From the NCBI GenBank assembly GCA_038087875.1, contig JAXLNO010000619.1, positions 1 through 38,251 of the forward strand: a stretch of 38,251 nucleotides of DNA. Reading direction: 5' to 3'. A program made the translations under genes and the position numbers. The stretch is from Malacoraja senta. Lineage: Eukaryota. The notes below the pieces were generated by a model. The model had not been told where the DNA came from, ran no database searches, and worked only from the letters and a program-made list of their open reading frames with translations. This document shows, one piece after another, positions 10,340 to 21,949 of this stretch; within the stretch, counting starts at the first letter, position 1, and each line of letters begins with the position of its first letter.

Positions 10340-10460
10340 CCCCCGTGCCGCTGATGGCAGCGTTCTGCAGCGCCCGTTCTTTGCGGTCCAACTCAGCCGC
10401 CTTCCTCTCCAGCTCCTCCTGTTGCCGCTGCAGGTCAGCGGTCAGGCCCGGCGTCGGCTT
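10340..10460 (-). CDS. SCAMP3: SCAMP3-like exon 4, coiled coil (KPTPGLTADLQRQQEELERKAAELDRKERALQNAAISGTG)
   Basis: ccttgcag acceptor and GTGAGT donor; 121 nt ending in phase 1; QEELERKAAELDRKE is the SCAMP signature. Confidence 0.95.
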
Positions 10461-11099
10461 CTGCAAGGGGACGGGCAGCGCCGGTCACGGTCAACGTCAG
10501 CGCCCCACCCCCCCCCGGCAGAGGGGGTAGGGCGAGGGAGTACGTCGAGGGAGAGGGCAGAGTGAACCCGGGGATGGATTTCAAACGGAACGGGTGGTGC
10601 AGAACACTGCCATCGGCCCGGGAGGGGGGGGGGGGGGGGGTGAGTAGGTCGAGTTTCCGCCTCACAGCGCCCCAGACACGGGTTCCATCCCGGCCACGGG
10701 TGCTGTCTGTACGGAGTTTGCACGTTCTTCCACGTGATCACTGTGCGTTATAACTGTACCAACTTCTACGGGTTCACGCATGGGGGAGGGAGGGAGGGGG
10801 GAGGAAGGGGAGAGGGGGAGGAAGGGGGAGGGAGGGAGGGGAGAGGGAGCGGTGCCTCCGGGGTTTTGGGGGGAGGGCAGAATTTACTCTGGAGGTCCAG
10901 TGTGGGAGGTGGGGGTCACTCCAGGGGTTCAGTGGGGTGGTGGGCAGGGGGGGAGCGGTGAGGAGGTGAGGAGGGAGCTACTCTAAGGGGAGGAAGGGGT
11001 TGGGGGGGATTTAGACCGGGGGGAGGCGAGGGATGGAAACGGGCGCGTTACTGCAGGGGGAGGCTGGGCTTGTGGGGGTGAGTTACATCGGGATTGGGG

Positions 11100-11665
11100 G
11101 GGGGGTTACTCTGGGACGGAGGTGAGGGGGGGGGGGAGTACTCTGCAGTGAGGGTGGGGGGTGTTACTGTGGGGGAGGTGCGGTGGTGGGGGGAGGTGCA
11201 GGGGTGGGGGGAGGTGCGGGGTGGGGGGGCGGTGCGGGGGTGAGGGGAGGTGCGGGGGTGGGGGCAGGTGCGGGGGTGGGGGGAGGTGCAGGGGTGGCTG
11301 GAGGTGAGGGGGAGGGGGGAGGTGCGGGGGTGGTGGGGAGGTGCAGGGGTGGGGGGAGGTGCGGGGGGAGGGGGAGTACTCTGCAGTGAGGGTGGGGGGG
11401 TTTACTGTGGGGGGGAGGTGCGGGGGTGGGGGCAGGTGCGGGGTGGGGGGGGGTGCAGGGGTGGGGTGAGGTGCGGGGGGAGGGGGAGTACTCTGCAGTG
11501 AGGGTGGGGGGGTTTACTGTGGGGGGGAGGTGCGGGGGTGGGGGCAGGTGCGGGGTGGGGGGGGGTGCAGGGGTGGGGTGAGGTGCGGGGGGAGGGGGAG
11601 TACTCTGCAGTGAGGGTGGGGGGGTTTACTGTGGGGGTGGAGGTGCGGGGGTGGGGGAGTAACCC
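11100..11665. repeat. G-rich tandem repeat (GGGGGAGGTGCGG), G-quadruplex prone
   Basis: Dense G-runs with a longer AGTACTCTGCAGTGAGGG periodicity. Confidence 0.9.
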
Positions 11666-11707
11666 TCAGGTGGGTGGGGGGAGGGGGGTACAGTTGCCGT
11701 TACCAAC

Positions 11708-11839
11708 CTGCGTGCCGTAGTTCCTGGGCTCGGTGGCGAGGGTGGGCTTCCTGGCCGTGGTGCAGGGCGGTGGAGCTGGCGGCCGCTCGGGAGGCAGTGG
11801 GGTGGTCATGGGGGCGGTGGGGTGGTACGGTGGGGGGGG
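11708..11839 (-). CDS. SCAMP3: SCAMP3-like exon 3 (PPPPYHPTAPMTTPLPPERPPAPPPCTTARKPTLATEPRNYGTQ)
   Basis: ttttgcag acceptor and GTTGGT donor; 132 nt; proline-rich with PPxY; TEPRNYG resembles SCAMP3 PTEPKNYG. Confidence 0.92.
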
Positions 11840-11959
11840 CTGCAAAACACAAGCGGGGGCCGAGAGTCAGAAACAGCAGCGACCCCTCCCTCGGCCTGGC
11901 CCCTCCCGTGCGGGCCGACCACTGGCTGGAGTGGTCCAGTGTCCAGCCCCGCACTGTGT

Positions 11960-12680
11960 AACACTCACCGAGCACTCACACACACACACACACAGCACAC
12001 TCACTCACACACGCACACTCACTCGCACTCACTCGCGCACACTCACTCACACGCGCACACACTCGCACGCACTCACTCGCACGCTCAATCACACGCACAC
12101 TCACTCACTCACACGCACTCACTCACTCACACGCACACTCTCACTCACACGCACACTCACTCACTCACACGCACACTCACTCACTCACTCACACGCACAC
12201 TCACTCACTCACTCACACGCACACTCACTCTCACTCACACTCACTCACTCACACGCACACTCACTCACTCACTCACACGCACTCACTCACTCACTCACAC
12301 GCACACTCACTCACTCACTCACACGCACACTCACTCACTCACACGCACACTCACTCACACGCACACTCACTCACTCACACGCACACTCACTCACTCACGC
12401 GCACACACTCATGCACACTCTCACGCGCACACACTCTCACACACGCAAGCTCACTCACTCACACACACTCACTCTCTCACACGCGCACACACTCACTCAC
12501 ACGCACGCACACTCACTCACATGCACACTCACTCACACGCACACTCACTCACACGCACACGCACTCACACGCAAGCTCACACACACACACTCACGCACGT
12601 ACATACTCCCTCACAAGCATTCACACGCGTGCACACCCCCTCACTCTGTAACACTCAGCGCCCACGCACACACACTCACA
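11960..12680. repeat. (CACT)n/(CA)n/(CACG)n compound microsatellite
   Basis: Visible directly in the sequence. Confidence 0.95.
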
Positions 12681-13559
12681 ACCATGCACGCCCGTGCACT
12701 CTGCAACTCAGCGCATGCTCGCTCACACCTGCAGCAGTGTGACGAGGCAGTCCTGACACCAGACCCTCGTGCCTCTCTCTCTCTCTCCCCCACCCTCCCC
12801 CGCCCTCCCTCCACCAGTGTGGCGCTCCCACTGCACCCCCTCCACCACTCCCTCTGCACCACCTAAACACAAAGCAGCACTCCCCTCTGCAATGTACCTG
12901 CTCCAGTGCACCTCTCCCTCTGCACCGCCCCCATCAACTGTGCAGCACCCTCTGCACTGCCCGCCAGAGGTGAAGCAGTAACGCAGCGCTGCCTCTGCAC
13001 TGTACTGCCACCAGTGCAGCGCCCCCTCCTCCAATGCAGCTGCACACGTAGCCGCTGCCTCTCTCCACGGGGAAGATTGCCACAGGGCGTTCAGCTCTCT
13101 GGAGATGTGGCGGGTGAGAGAATGACAGCGAGAGCTCTTGGACGGACGGACGGACGGACGGGAGGGTCAGAGCGATGCCCGACCGCCGCAACTCACCCGC
13201 TCTGCCTACAAGCCGTTGCCAACGCCTCCCGCGCGGTGCAGAGCGCAGCACAGGCTGCCTGTCGCTGCGTGTATGTGGGGACGCGCAGGTGGAAACCTCA
13301 CCCTGGGGACGCTACACACATCTACATGCCGAGCTGCCGAGGGAGGTAAACACCGCCCGTGGGAGAAAAACAAAAGAAAATCTTTGAACCGCCCGACAAC
13401 TGGAAGTAAGTTAAAGGCGGCTCGTAGGTTCTAGGAGCAGAGTTGGGCCATTCGGCCCATCAAGTCTACTCCGCCATTCAATCGCGGCTGATCTATCTCT
13501 CCCTCCCAACCCCCTTCTCCCCATAACCCCTGACACCCGCACTAATCAAGAATCTATCT

Positions 13560-13827
13560 AAGGTACACAGAAAATGCTGGAGAAACTCAGCGGGTGAGGC
13601 AGCATCTATGGAGCGAAGGAAATAGGCAACGTTTCAGGCCGAAACCCTGAAGGAAATAGGCAACGTTTCAGGCCGAAACCCTGAAGGAAATAGGCAACGT
13701 TTCAGGCCGAAACCCTGAAGGAAATAGGCAACGTTTCGGGCTCCATAGATGCTGCTGCACCCGCTGAGTTTCTCCAGCATTTTCGTGTACCTTCAATTTC
13801 CCAGCATCTGCAGTTCCTTCTTTAACA
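13560..13827. mobile_element. Fold-back Penelope-type element with internal 34-bp tandem repeats and 13-bp TSD, inside a minus-strand CR1 fragment
   Basis: GAAGGAAATAGGCAACGTTTCAGGCCGAAACCCT about 3.5 times; CAAGAATCTATCT at 13547-13559 and 13828-13840. Confidence 0.75.
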
Positions 13828-14336
13828 CAAGAATCTATCTGTCCCTGCCTTAAAAATACCCACTGGCTTGTGGCCTCCACCGCCGTCTGTGGCAACGAAT
13901 TCCACAGATTCACCCTACCCTCTGACTAAAGAAATCTCCTCCTAAAGGAACGTCCTTTCATTCTGAGGCTGTGCCCTCTGGTCCTGGACTCTCCAACTAG
14001 ACACCAAATGCTGGAGTAACTCAGCGGGTGAGGCAGCATCTCTGGAGAGAAGGAAGGGACGACCTTCTTCGAAGGGCCTCGACCCGAAAACGTCGCCCAT
14101 TCCTTCTCTCCAGTGGTGCTGCCTCACCCGCTGATTTACTCCAGCATTTGGTGTCTACGTTAGATACATAGCTCTTAGGGCTAAAGGGATCAAGGGATAT
14201 GGGGGAGAAGGCAGGACCGGGGTACTGATTGCGGACGATCAGCCATGAGCATATTGAATGGCGGTGCTGGCTCGGAGGGCTGAATGTCCTCCTCCTGCAC
14301 CTATTGTCTATGTGTGGATGACGGGGATGTACTTAC

Positions 14337-14420
14337 CCCTCTGGTTGCCTCGAAGGGGTTGTACAACTGCCCCAGGTCGGGCTGCTGGTGTTCTGCCGTG
14401 TGCTCGATCACCGCCGGGTC
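14337..14420 (-). CDS. SCAMP3: SCAMP3-like exon 2 (DPAVIEHTAEHQQPDLGQLYNPFEATRG)
   Basis: ttgcttgcag acceptor and GTAAGT donor; 84 nt; DPAVI...YNPFE is typical of SCAMP3. Confidence 0.93.
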
Positions 14421-14589
14421 CTGCAAGCAAACATCCACCGCGTGTGTCAGTCAAGTCAGCCAGCCAGCCAGCCGCCGATCCCCGAGACATCCCGGCCTCT
14501 GCCCCTGCCAGTCTATCCCGGCCAATTCCCGTCTCATACCTTCAAAGTCTCCTGTATTCAAGTTCGGGACCCTAGTCTCTGAATTAAAA

Positions 14590-15165
14590 GGTACAGGGTC
14601 TTGGTGAGACCACACCTGGAGTATTGCGTACAGTTTTGGTCTCCAAATCTGAGGAAGGACATTATAGCCAAGGAGTGCAGAGAAGGTTCACCAGACTGAT
14701 TCCTGGGATGTCAGGACTTTCATATGAAGAGACTGGATAGACTTGGCTTATACTCGCTAGAATTTAGGAGATTGAGAGGGGATCTTATAGAAACGTACAA
14801 AATTCTTATGGGGTTGGACAGGCTAGATGCAGGAAGATTGTTCCCGATGTTGGGGAAGTCCAGGACAAGGGGTCACAGCTTAAGGATAAGGGGGAAATCC
14901 TTTAAGACCGAGATGAGGACATTTTTTTTCACACAGAGAGTGGTGAATCTCTGGAACTCTCTGCCACAGAAGGTAGTTGAGGCCAGTTCATTGGCTATAT
15001 TTAAGAGGGAGTTAGATGTGGCCCTTGAGGCTAAAGGGATCAGGGGGTATGGAGAGAAGGCAGGTACAGGATACTGAGTTGGATGATCAGCCATGATCAT
15101 ATTGAATGGCGGTGCAGGCTCGAAGGGCCGAATGGCCTACTCCTGCACCTATTTTCTATGTATCT
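14590..15165 (+). mobile_element. CR1 LINE 3' fragment
   Basis: RLDRLGLYSLEFRRLRGDL...FFTQRVVNLWNSLP followed by the 3'UTR. Confidence 0.92.
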
Positions 15166-15314
15166 ATGGAATTAACCGCGTCACTCTCCAGCCTAATGCA
15201 GAATGCCCCCCTTATCAATCAATCGAAGACTTTGTCATTCAAAAATACACCAACAAATGCAAGTCTGAACAAAATGGTGTTGCTCACCGTGCAACATAAA
15301 ATCACAAAAGGATA

Positions 15315-16340
15315 AAATAGATAAACAGATAAAATAGATAACAGTGGCGGCACATTATATGGAATTCAAGAGTCTGCTGGCTCGGGGGAAGAAGCTGTTG
15401 CAGAACCTGGCCGTTCTGCTCCTTATACTACGATACCTTTTGCCCGAGGGCAGCAGAGTGAACAGTCCATGATGGAGATGTGTGGGGGCTTTTATAACGC
15501 TGTTGGCTTTGGGCAAGCAACGTTTGCACCCAGTGTCCCCGATTGAGGGAAGAGAAGTCCCGATGGATTTTTTCAGCCGTCCTCGTCACTCTCTGCACGG
15601 ACTTCCAGTCGGAGGCTTTGCAGTCCCCAAACCAGAGATGCAGCTGGTCAAAATGCTCTCTATGGTGCCCCTGTAGAAAGTGGTGAGGACGGGATGGGGG
15701 AGGTGAGCTCTTCTAATCCGGTGCAGAAAGTGCAAACGCTGCTGCGCTCTCAATAGACAATAGACAATAGGTGCAGGAGGAGGCCATTTGGCCCTTCGAG
15801 CCAGCACCGCCATTCAATGTGATCATGGCTGATCATCCCCAATCAGTACCCCGTTCCTGCCTTCTCCCCATATCCCCTGACTCCGCTATTTTTAAGAGCC
15901 CTATCTACCTCTCTCTTGAAAGCATCCAGAGAACCTGCCTCCACCGCCCTCTGAGGCAGAGAATTCCACAGACTCACCACTCTCTGTGAGAAAAAGTGTT
16001 TCCTCGTCTCCGTTCTAAATGGCTTACTCCTTATTCTTAACTAAATGGCTTACTCCTTATTCTTAACTCTCTTTCTTAACTAGTGATGCGATGTTTTGTG
16101 ACCAGGTCAGACTGTTCGTGATCTGCACCCCCCAGGAACTTAGTGCTACTGACCAAGTCCACATCGCTGTCATTAATATGAAGTGGTGTGTGACTGTGCC
16201 GGTTTCTCCTGAAGTCGACGATGACCTCCTTTGTTTTGTCAACATTCAGGATCAGATTGTTTGTGTTGCACCAGTCCACCAGTTGTTTCACCTCCTCCCT
16301 GTACGGCAGTTCATTGTCGTCCCGGATAAGGCCCACCACT
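15315..16340 (-). mobile_element. Degraded Rex1/Babar fragment, interrupted by a CR1 fragment (about 15752-16040, minus)
   Basis: VVGLIRDDNELPYREEV...LNVDKTKEVIVDFR; FYRGTIESILT. Confidence 0.85.
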
Positions 16341-16539
16341 GTTCTGGCCCCTGTTCCCCAAGTGCCTTGCACAACAAGATCGCTAACTAATCCTTCCCCA
16401 GTCTGGGATGGCCTGTCCTCTAGTCGATTCCTCAACATATTGGTTTAAAAACCCATCCCGTATACATTCCAGTGAATCCTCCTCCTCAGTTTGGTTGTCC
16501 CAATCTATATGTAGATTAAAGTCACATCCACTGTCGTAT

Positions 16540-16945
16540 CCAAAGACCCTATAACGGAGCAAGATAGACCACTCCTGCTAAACGCAATGGGCTGACGTGT
16601 AGTACGCAACGGAGCGGAACCTGGGCCTTTTTTTCATCCATTTCCATAACCAGACCCGACCCGCAGTGTAATCAACGTTGCGGGGGAACAGTTTGTGTTA
16701 ATAAATTACAATTCTGAAAATGAGAACAAGATTTTTACCAAAGAACTTTTATTTTTACGAGGATGTTTCCGTCACCGACTTCCGTCTCCGCACTAGTTAT
16801 CTTTGCTCCGCTGTGATGGGATCTTTGGTGCGGAGACGGAAGCCGGTTACGGAAATGGGCCCGAAAATTACCCCATGAATCTGCCCGTGACCGTACTACG
16901 TCTTTTTCGTCGAGTGGTCTATCTTGCTCGCTGTAGGATCTTTGG
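16540..16945. mobile_element. Non-autonomous DNA transposon (MITE) with ~33-bp TIRs and an internal hairpin
   Basis: CCAAAGACCCTATAACGGAGCAAGATAGACCACTC on the left versus GAGTGGTCTATCTTGCTCGCTGTAGGATCTTTGG on the right. Confidence 0.75.
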
Positions 16946-17244
16946 TGGTATCTGCCTCCACCACCACCCCCGCCGGCAGCGTGCTCCAAGCACCCACCAC
17001 TCTCTGTGTAAAAAACAACTTGTCCCGCGCACATCTCCTTTAAATGTTGCCCCTCTCACCTTAAAGCCATTCCCTGCAGCAGTCTGATAGTTCCAACCAA
17101 TTCCTTCTCTGCAGAGATGCTGCCTGACCCACTGAGTGTAGTTTAGTTTAGAGATACAGCGCGTAAACAGGCCCTTCGGCCCATCGGGTCCTCTCCGACC
17201 AGCGATCCCCGCACATTAACACCATCCTACACACACTAGGGACA

Positions 17245-17560
17245 CCCAGCGAGTCCCTGCTGACAGCACAGAGACAGGCCTTTCGGCCCATCAGGTCCAT
17301 GCCGTCAGCACAAGGACAGGCCCTTCAGCCCATCGGGTCCATGCCGTCAGCACAAAGGCACACAGAGTCCATGCTGACAGCACAGAGACAGGCCTTTCGG
17401 CCCATCAGGTCCATGCCGTCAGCACAAGGACAGGCCCTTCAGCCCATCGGATCCATGCCGTCAGCACAAAGGCACAGAGTCCATGCTGACAGCACAGAGA
17501 CAGGCCCATCGAGTCCATGCTGTCAGCACAGAGATAACCCCTTCGGCCCATCGAGTCTGT
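17245..17560. repeat. Tandem amplification of a SINE-tail segment (ACAGGCCCTTCGGCCCATC..GTCCATG)
   Basis: About 40-bp units with a ~117-bp higher-order repeat. Confidence 0.75.
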
Positions 17561-18159
17561 GCCCACCATTGCCCACTAATCCTACACCGAGAGAGTTTAA
17601 TTATATCGAAAAACGGAACAGTGAAATTCAGCATTCCAGGTCCGTAAACACAGAACTCGAGGATAATATAAGAAATGAAAAAATGTCCAATGCCTTTTTT
17701 TTTAAAACACGTTAGACAGCCCCTGGAGTTCTTGCATCACCTCCAAACCTGTTGTACAGGAAGGCTCTTTACATTTAAAAAGATTTACATATTTGAAATG
17801 TATTTCACTATTTGCAAATGCGCAATACATCATGACAGCAAATTAAAATACTGCCAGACTGTGGTACCCACTAGTCGCAGCGGGAGTTGAGTTCAGTTGA
17901 TTGTCACGTGTACCGAGGTACAGTGAAAAGCTTTTGTTGCGTGCTATCCGGCCAGCGGAATGACAGCACGCGATGACAATCGTGCCGGAGATAGACACAA
18001 AATTCTGGAGTAACTCAGCGGGACAGGCAGCATCTCTGGAGAGAAGGAATGTTTCGGCTCGTGACCCTTCTTCAGACCCTAAAAACGTCACCCATTCCTT
18101 CTCTCCAGAGATGCTGCCTGCCCCGCTGAGTCACTCCAGCATTTTGAGTCCATCTAACT

Positions 18160-19410
18160 AAGTAAGGAAGTTTATTGGCCAAGTATTCACATACAAGGAA
18201 TTTGCCTTGGTGCTCCGCCCGCAAGTAACATGACATGTCAGGACTTTCATATGAGGAAAGACTGGATAGACTCGGCTTGTACTCGCTGGAATTTAGAAGA
18301 TTGAGGGGGATCTTATAGAAACTTACAAAATTCTTAAGGGGTTGGACAGGCTAGATGCAGGAAGATTATTCCCGATGTTGGGGAAGTCCAGAACTAGGGG
18401 TCACAGTTTAAGGATAAGAGGGAAGTCTTTTAGGACCGAGATGAGAAAATCATTTTTTACACAGAGAGTAGTGAATCTGTGGAATTCTCTGCCACAGAGG
18501 GTAGTTGAGGCCAGTTCATTGGCTATATTTAAGAGGGAGTTAGATGTGGCCCTTGTGGCTAAAGGGATCAGGGGGTATGGAGAGAAAGCAGGTACGGGAT
18601 ACTGAGTTGGATGATCAGCCATGATCATATTGAATGGCGGTGCAGGCTCGAAGGGCCGAATGGCCTCTACTCCTGCACCTATTTTCTATGTTTCTATGAC
18701 ATACAGTGACAGTTACGAATGACTCAGAAAACACTAAACATTAATAATAATGGAACATTAATGATAAAACACTATTGATCAAGCATGTGAACCAACAAAA
18801 TACCAGATCAAAGGGAGGCTACAGAGTTTTGGTTATTGAGTAGAGCAACTACTCGTGGATAAAAACAGTTTCTATGTCTGGCTGTGGCGGCTTTGACAGT
18901 CCGGAGTCGCCTTCCAGAGGGAAGTGATTCAAAGAGTTTGTGGCCAGGGTGAGTGGGGTCAGAGAGGATCTTGCCCGCTCGCTTCCTGGCCCTTGCAGTG
19001 TACAGTTCATCAATGGGGGGGAAGGTTGCAGCCAATAACCTTCTCTGCTGATCGGACGATTCGCTGCAGCTGTCGTGCTTGGTGGCTGAGCCAAACCAGA
19101 CCATGATGGAGAAGGTGAGCACATACTCTACGATGGCCGTGTAGAATTGATCCATCATTGCCTGTGGCAGATTGTGCTTCCTCAGCTGCCGCAGGAAGTA
19201 CATCCTCTGTTGTGCCTTTTTGACTGTGGAGTCGATGGTAGCCCCCCCCCCACTTAAGGCCCTTGGAGATGATGGTTCCCAGGAACTTAAAGACTCCACA
19301 GATGTGACTGTGGTGTTGTTGATGGTGAGTGGGGTGAGGAGAGGGTAAAGTCTACAATCAATTCCACTGTCTTAAGAGCATTGAGCTCTAGGTTGTTGCA
19401 ACGACACCAC
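18160..19410 (-). mobile_element. Rex1/Babar 3' fragment with a nested CR1 fragment (plus, about 18235-18697)
   Basis: KKAQQRMYFLRQLRK...LPSGRRLR; CR1 RT C-terminus inside. Confidence 0.85.
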
Positions 19411-19834
19411 ATCTTCGGTGTAAACCAGCATCTGCAGTTCCTTCCTACACTTTGTCTGCTTTGATCTGTCGTTTCACACCTTACTCTTCCATATCGCTAG
19501 TGTCCCTCTCCCCTGACTCTGTCTGAAGGGTCTCGACCCTCGACTTCACCCATTCCTTCTCTCCAGAGATGCTGCCTGTCCCGCTGAGTTACTCCAGCAT
19601 CTTTGGTGTAAACCAGCATCTGCACTTCCTTCCTGCTACGCATTTACAGTGTATAGACACATGATAAGGGAATAAGGGGGATGAGGAGGCGAGAGTGAGC
19701 AGTGATAAGGAACTGCCAAGTACTGCCCACATCCTCCCAGGGCAGCCACAGCCGGCAGAGCCCCAGCCCCGGAGAATTGTGGTTCGCTCAACGGAAACCA
19801 TCTTAGATCAGGCAATAATCCCCCGACGCTCAGA

Positions 19835-20600
19835 CAAGGTGCAGCGGGTAGAGCTGCTGCCTCACAGCGCCAGAGACACGCCTTCCATCCCCACCATGGG
19901 CTCTGTCTGTACGGAGTTTGCACGTTCTCCCTGTGACCGGGTAGGTTTCCGGTTTCCTCCCACATCCCAAAGATGTGCAGGATTGTAGGGCTAATTGGCT
20001 TCTGTAAATTGCCCACAGTGTGTAGGGTAGAACTAGTGTACGGGCGACAATAGACAATAGGTGCAGGAGTAGGCCATTCGGCCCTTCGAGCCAGCACCGC
20101 CATTCAATGTGATCATGGCTGATCATCCCCAATCAGTACCCCGATCCTGCCTTCTCCCCATATCCCCTGACTCCACTATCATCAAGAGCCCTATCTAGCT
20201 CTCTCTTGAAAGTATCCAGAGAACCGGCCTCCACCGCCCTCTGAGGCAGAGATCAAGGGCTAGCATGTTGGGGGAGTCCAGAACCAGGGGCCACACACAC
20301 AGTTTAAGAATAAGGGGTAAGCCATTTAGAACGGAGACGAGGAAACACTTTTTCTCACAGAGAGTGGTGAGTCTGTGGAATTCTCTGCCTCAGAGGGCGG
20401 TGGAGGCCGGTTCTCTGGATGCTTTCAAGAGAGAGCTAGATAGGGCTCTTAAAGATAGCTGAGTCAGGGGAGAAGGCAGGAACGGGGTACTGATTGTGGA
20501 TGATCAGCCATGATCACATTGAATGGCGGTGCTGGCTCAAAAGGCCGAATGGCCTACTCCTGCACCTATTGTCTATTGACTCGGTGGGCCGAAGGACCTA
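19835..20600. mobile_element. tRNA-SINE (plus) interrupted by an inverted pair of CR1 fragments (minus 20047-20250, plus 20265-20578)
   Basis: SINE core; CR1 3'UTRs on both strands; the SINE tail resumes at about 20578. Confidence 0.75.
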
Positions 20601-21094
20601 TTTCCAAACAATATCTCCAATCTAGATCAAAGACCCAACCTGTTATGTTTAGTTTAGTTTAGAGATAGAGGGAGAAAACCATCCCTTCGGCCCACCGAGT
20701 CCGCGCTGACCAGCGATCCCTGTACACGCCAGCACTATCCTACACTCCAGGGACAATTTACAATTTTTACCCAAGCCAATCAACCTGCAAACCTGTACGT
20801 CTATGGAGTGTGGGATGGAAACCGGAGAAAGACCACATGGTCACAGTTAGAAAGCGCAAACTCCATTCAGGCAGCACCCGCAGTCAGGATTGAACCCGGG
20901 ACTCTGGCGCTGTGAGGCAGCGACTCTGCCATCGTGCCGCCCTGTTGTATGACCCCCCCCCCACCCCCACCCCACCTGCAACTCCATTCCTGAGACCGCG
21001 TGGGTTTTCTCTGGGTGCTCCGTTTCCTCCAACACACCCAAACGATGTACAGGTTTGTACATTAATTGGCTCGGTAAAAATCGTAAATGGTCCC

Positions 21095-21600
21095 TCGATC
21101 CTGGCCTCTCTCCACTGGCTCCCTGTGCCGTTCCGTATAAACTTCAAGATCCTCCTCCATGTCTACAAAGCCCTCAATGGGCTTGCCCCCACCTACATAA
21201 AAAGTCTTCTCACCCACCACTCCGCCTCCAGGCCCCTCAGATCGGCCGACTTGGAGTTGCTGAACATCCCACGGTCTAGGCATAAGCTCAGGGGCGACCG
21301 GGCCTTTGCGGTTGCAGCCCCCAGACTGTGGAACAGCATCCCCCTTCCCCATCAGAACTGCCCCCTCCATCGACTCTTTGAAGTCAAGGCTAAAAACTTA
21401 TCTATACTCCCAAGCCTTTCCTGACTTGCTCTGAGTGAGGGCTACATGTATATAGGGTCGAATGGCCTACTCCTGCACCTATTTTCTATATGTATGTAGT
21501 TTGTTTTGTTTGTGCTATTCTTATAACAAATGCAAAGCACTTTGGCCAACGAGAGTTGTTTTTAAATGTGCTATATAAATAAATGTGACTTGACTTGACT
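21095..21600 (+). mobile_element. L2 LINE 3' fragment with (TGACT)n tail
   Basis: ILASLHWLPVPFRINFKILL..KALNGLAP..GDRAFAVAAPRLWN is the L2 ORF2 C-terminus. Confidence 0.88.
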
Positions 21601-21949
21601 TGTGTATATATGATAGTGCTAGTAGTGAAGGGGGGTGATCGCGGGTTGGCACGGACTCGGTGGGCCGAAGGGCCTGTTTCCGCACTGCGTCTCCAACTAA
21701 ACTGGTCGGGTCCGCATTAATTCAGAGATACAGGTAGAGCCCGGCACTGGACAGTTTCAATGCTCACGTGGGAATGGTCTACGACTGTCCAGCGATGAGA
21801 CAACAGTTACAAGAGCAACACCCAAGAGCTTGTGATACCAACTTCCTGACCAGCAGTAGCTATTTCACTTTCCCAATGACGGGCTGTGGCAGCTTAGCTC
21901 AGCAACTGTCGGGGTCAGGCATGGTCACTGGCTTCAGTTTGGTTTCGTT

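Noticed and set aside
11733..12866. 377-aa and 306-aa His/Thr-rich ORFs
   Set aside because: They derive from the CA/CACT microsatellite and lie antisense to SCAMP3 exon 3.
12906..13434. Overlapping ORFs in intron 2
   Set aside because: No recognisable domain, and exons 2 and 3 already join in frame without a gap relative to SCAMP3.
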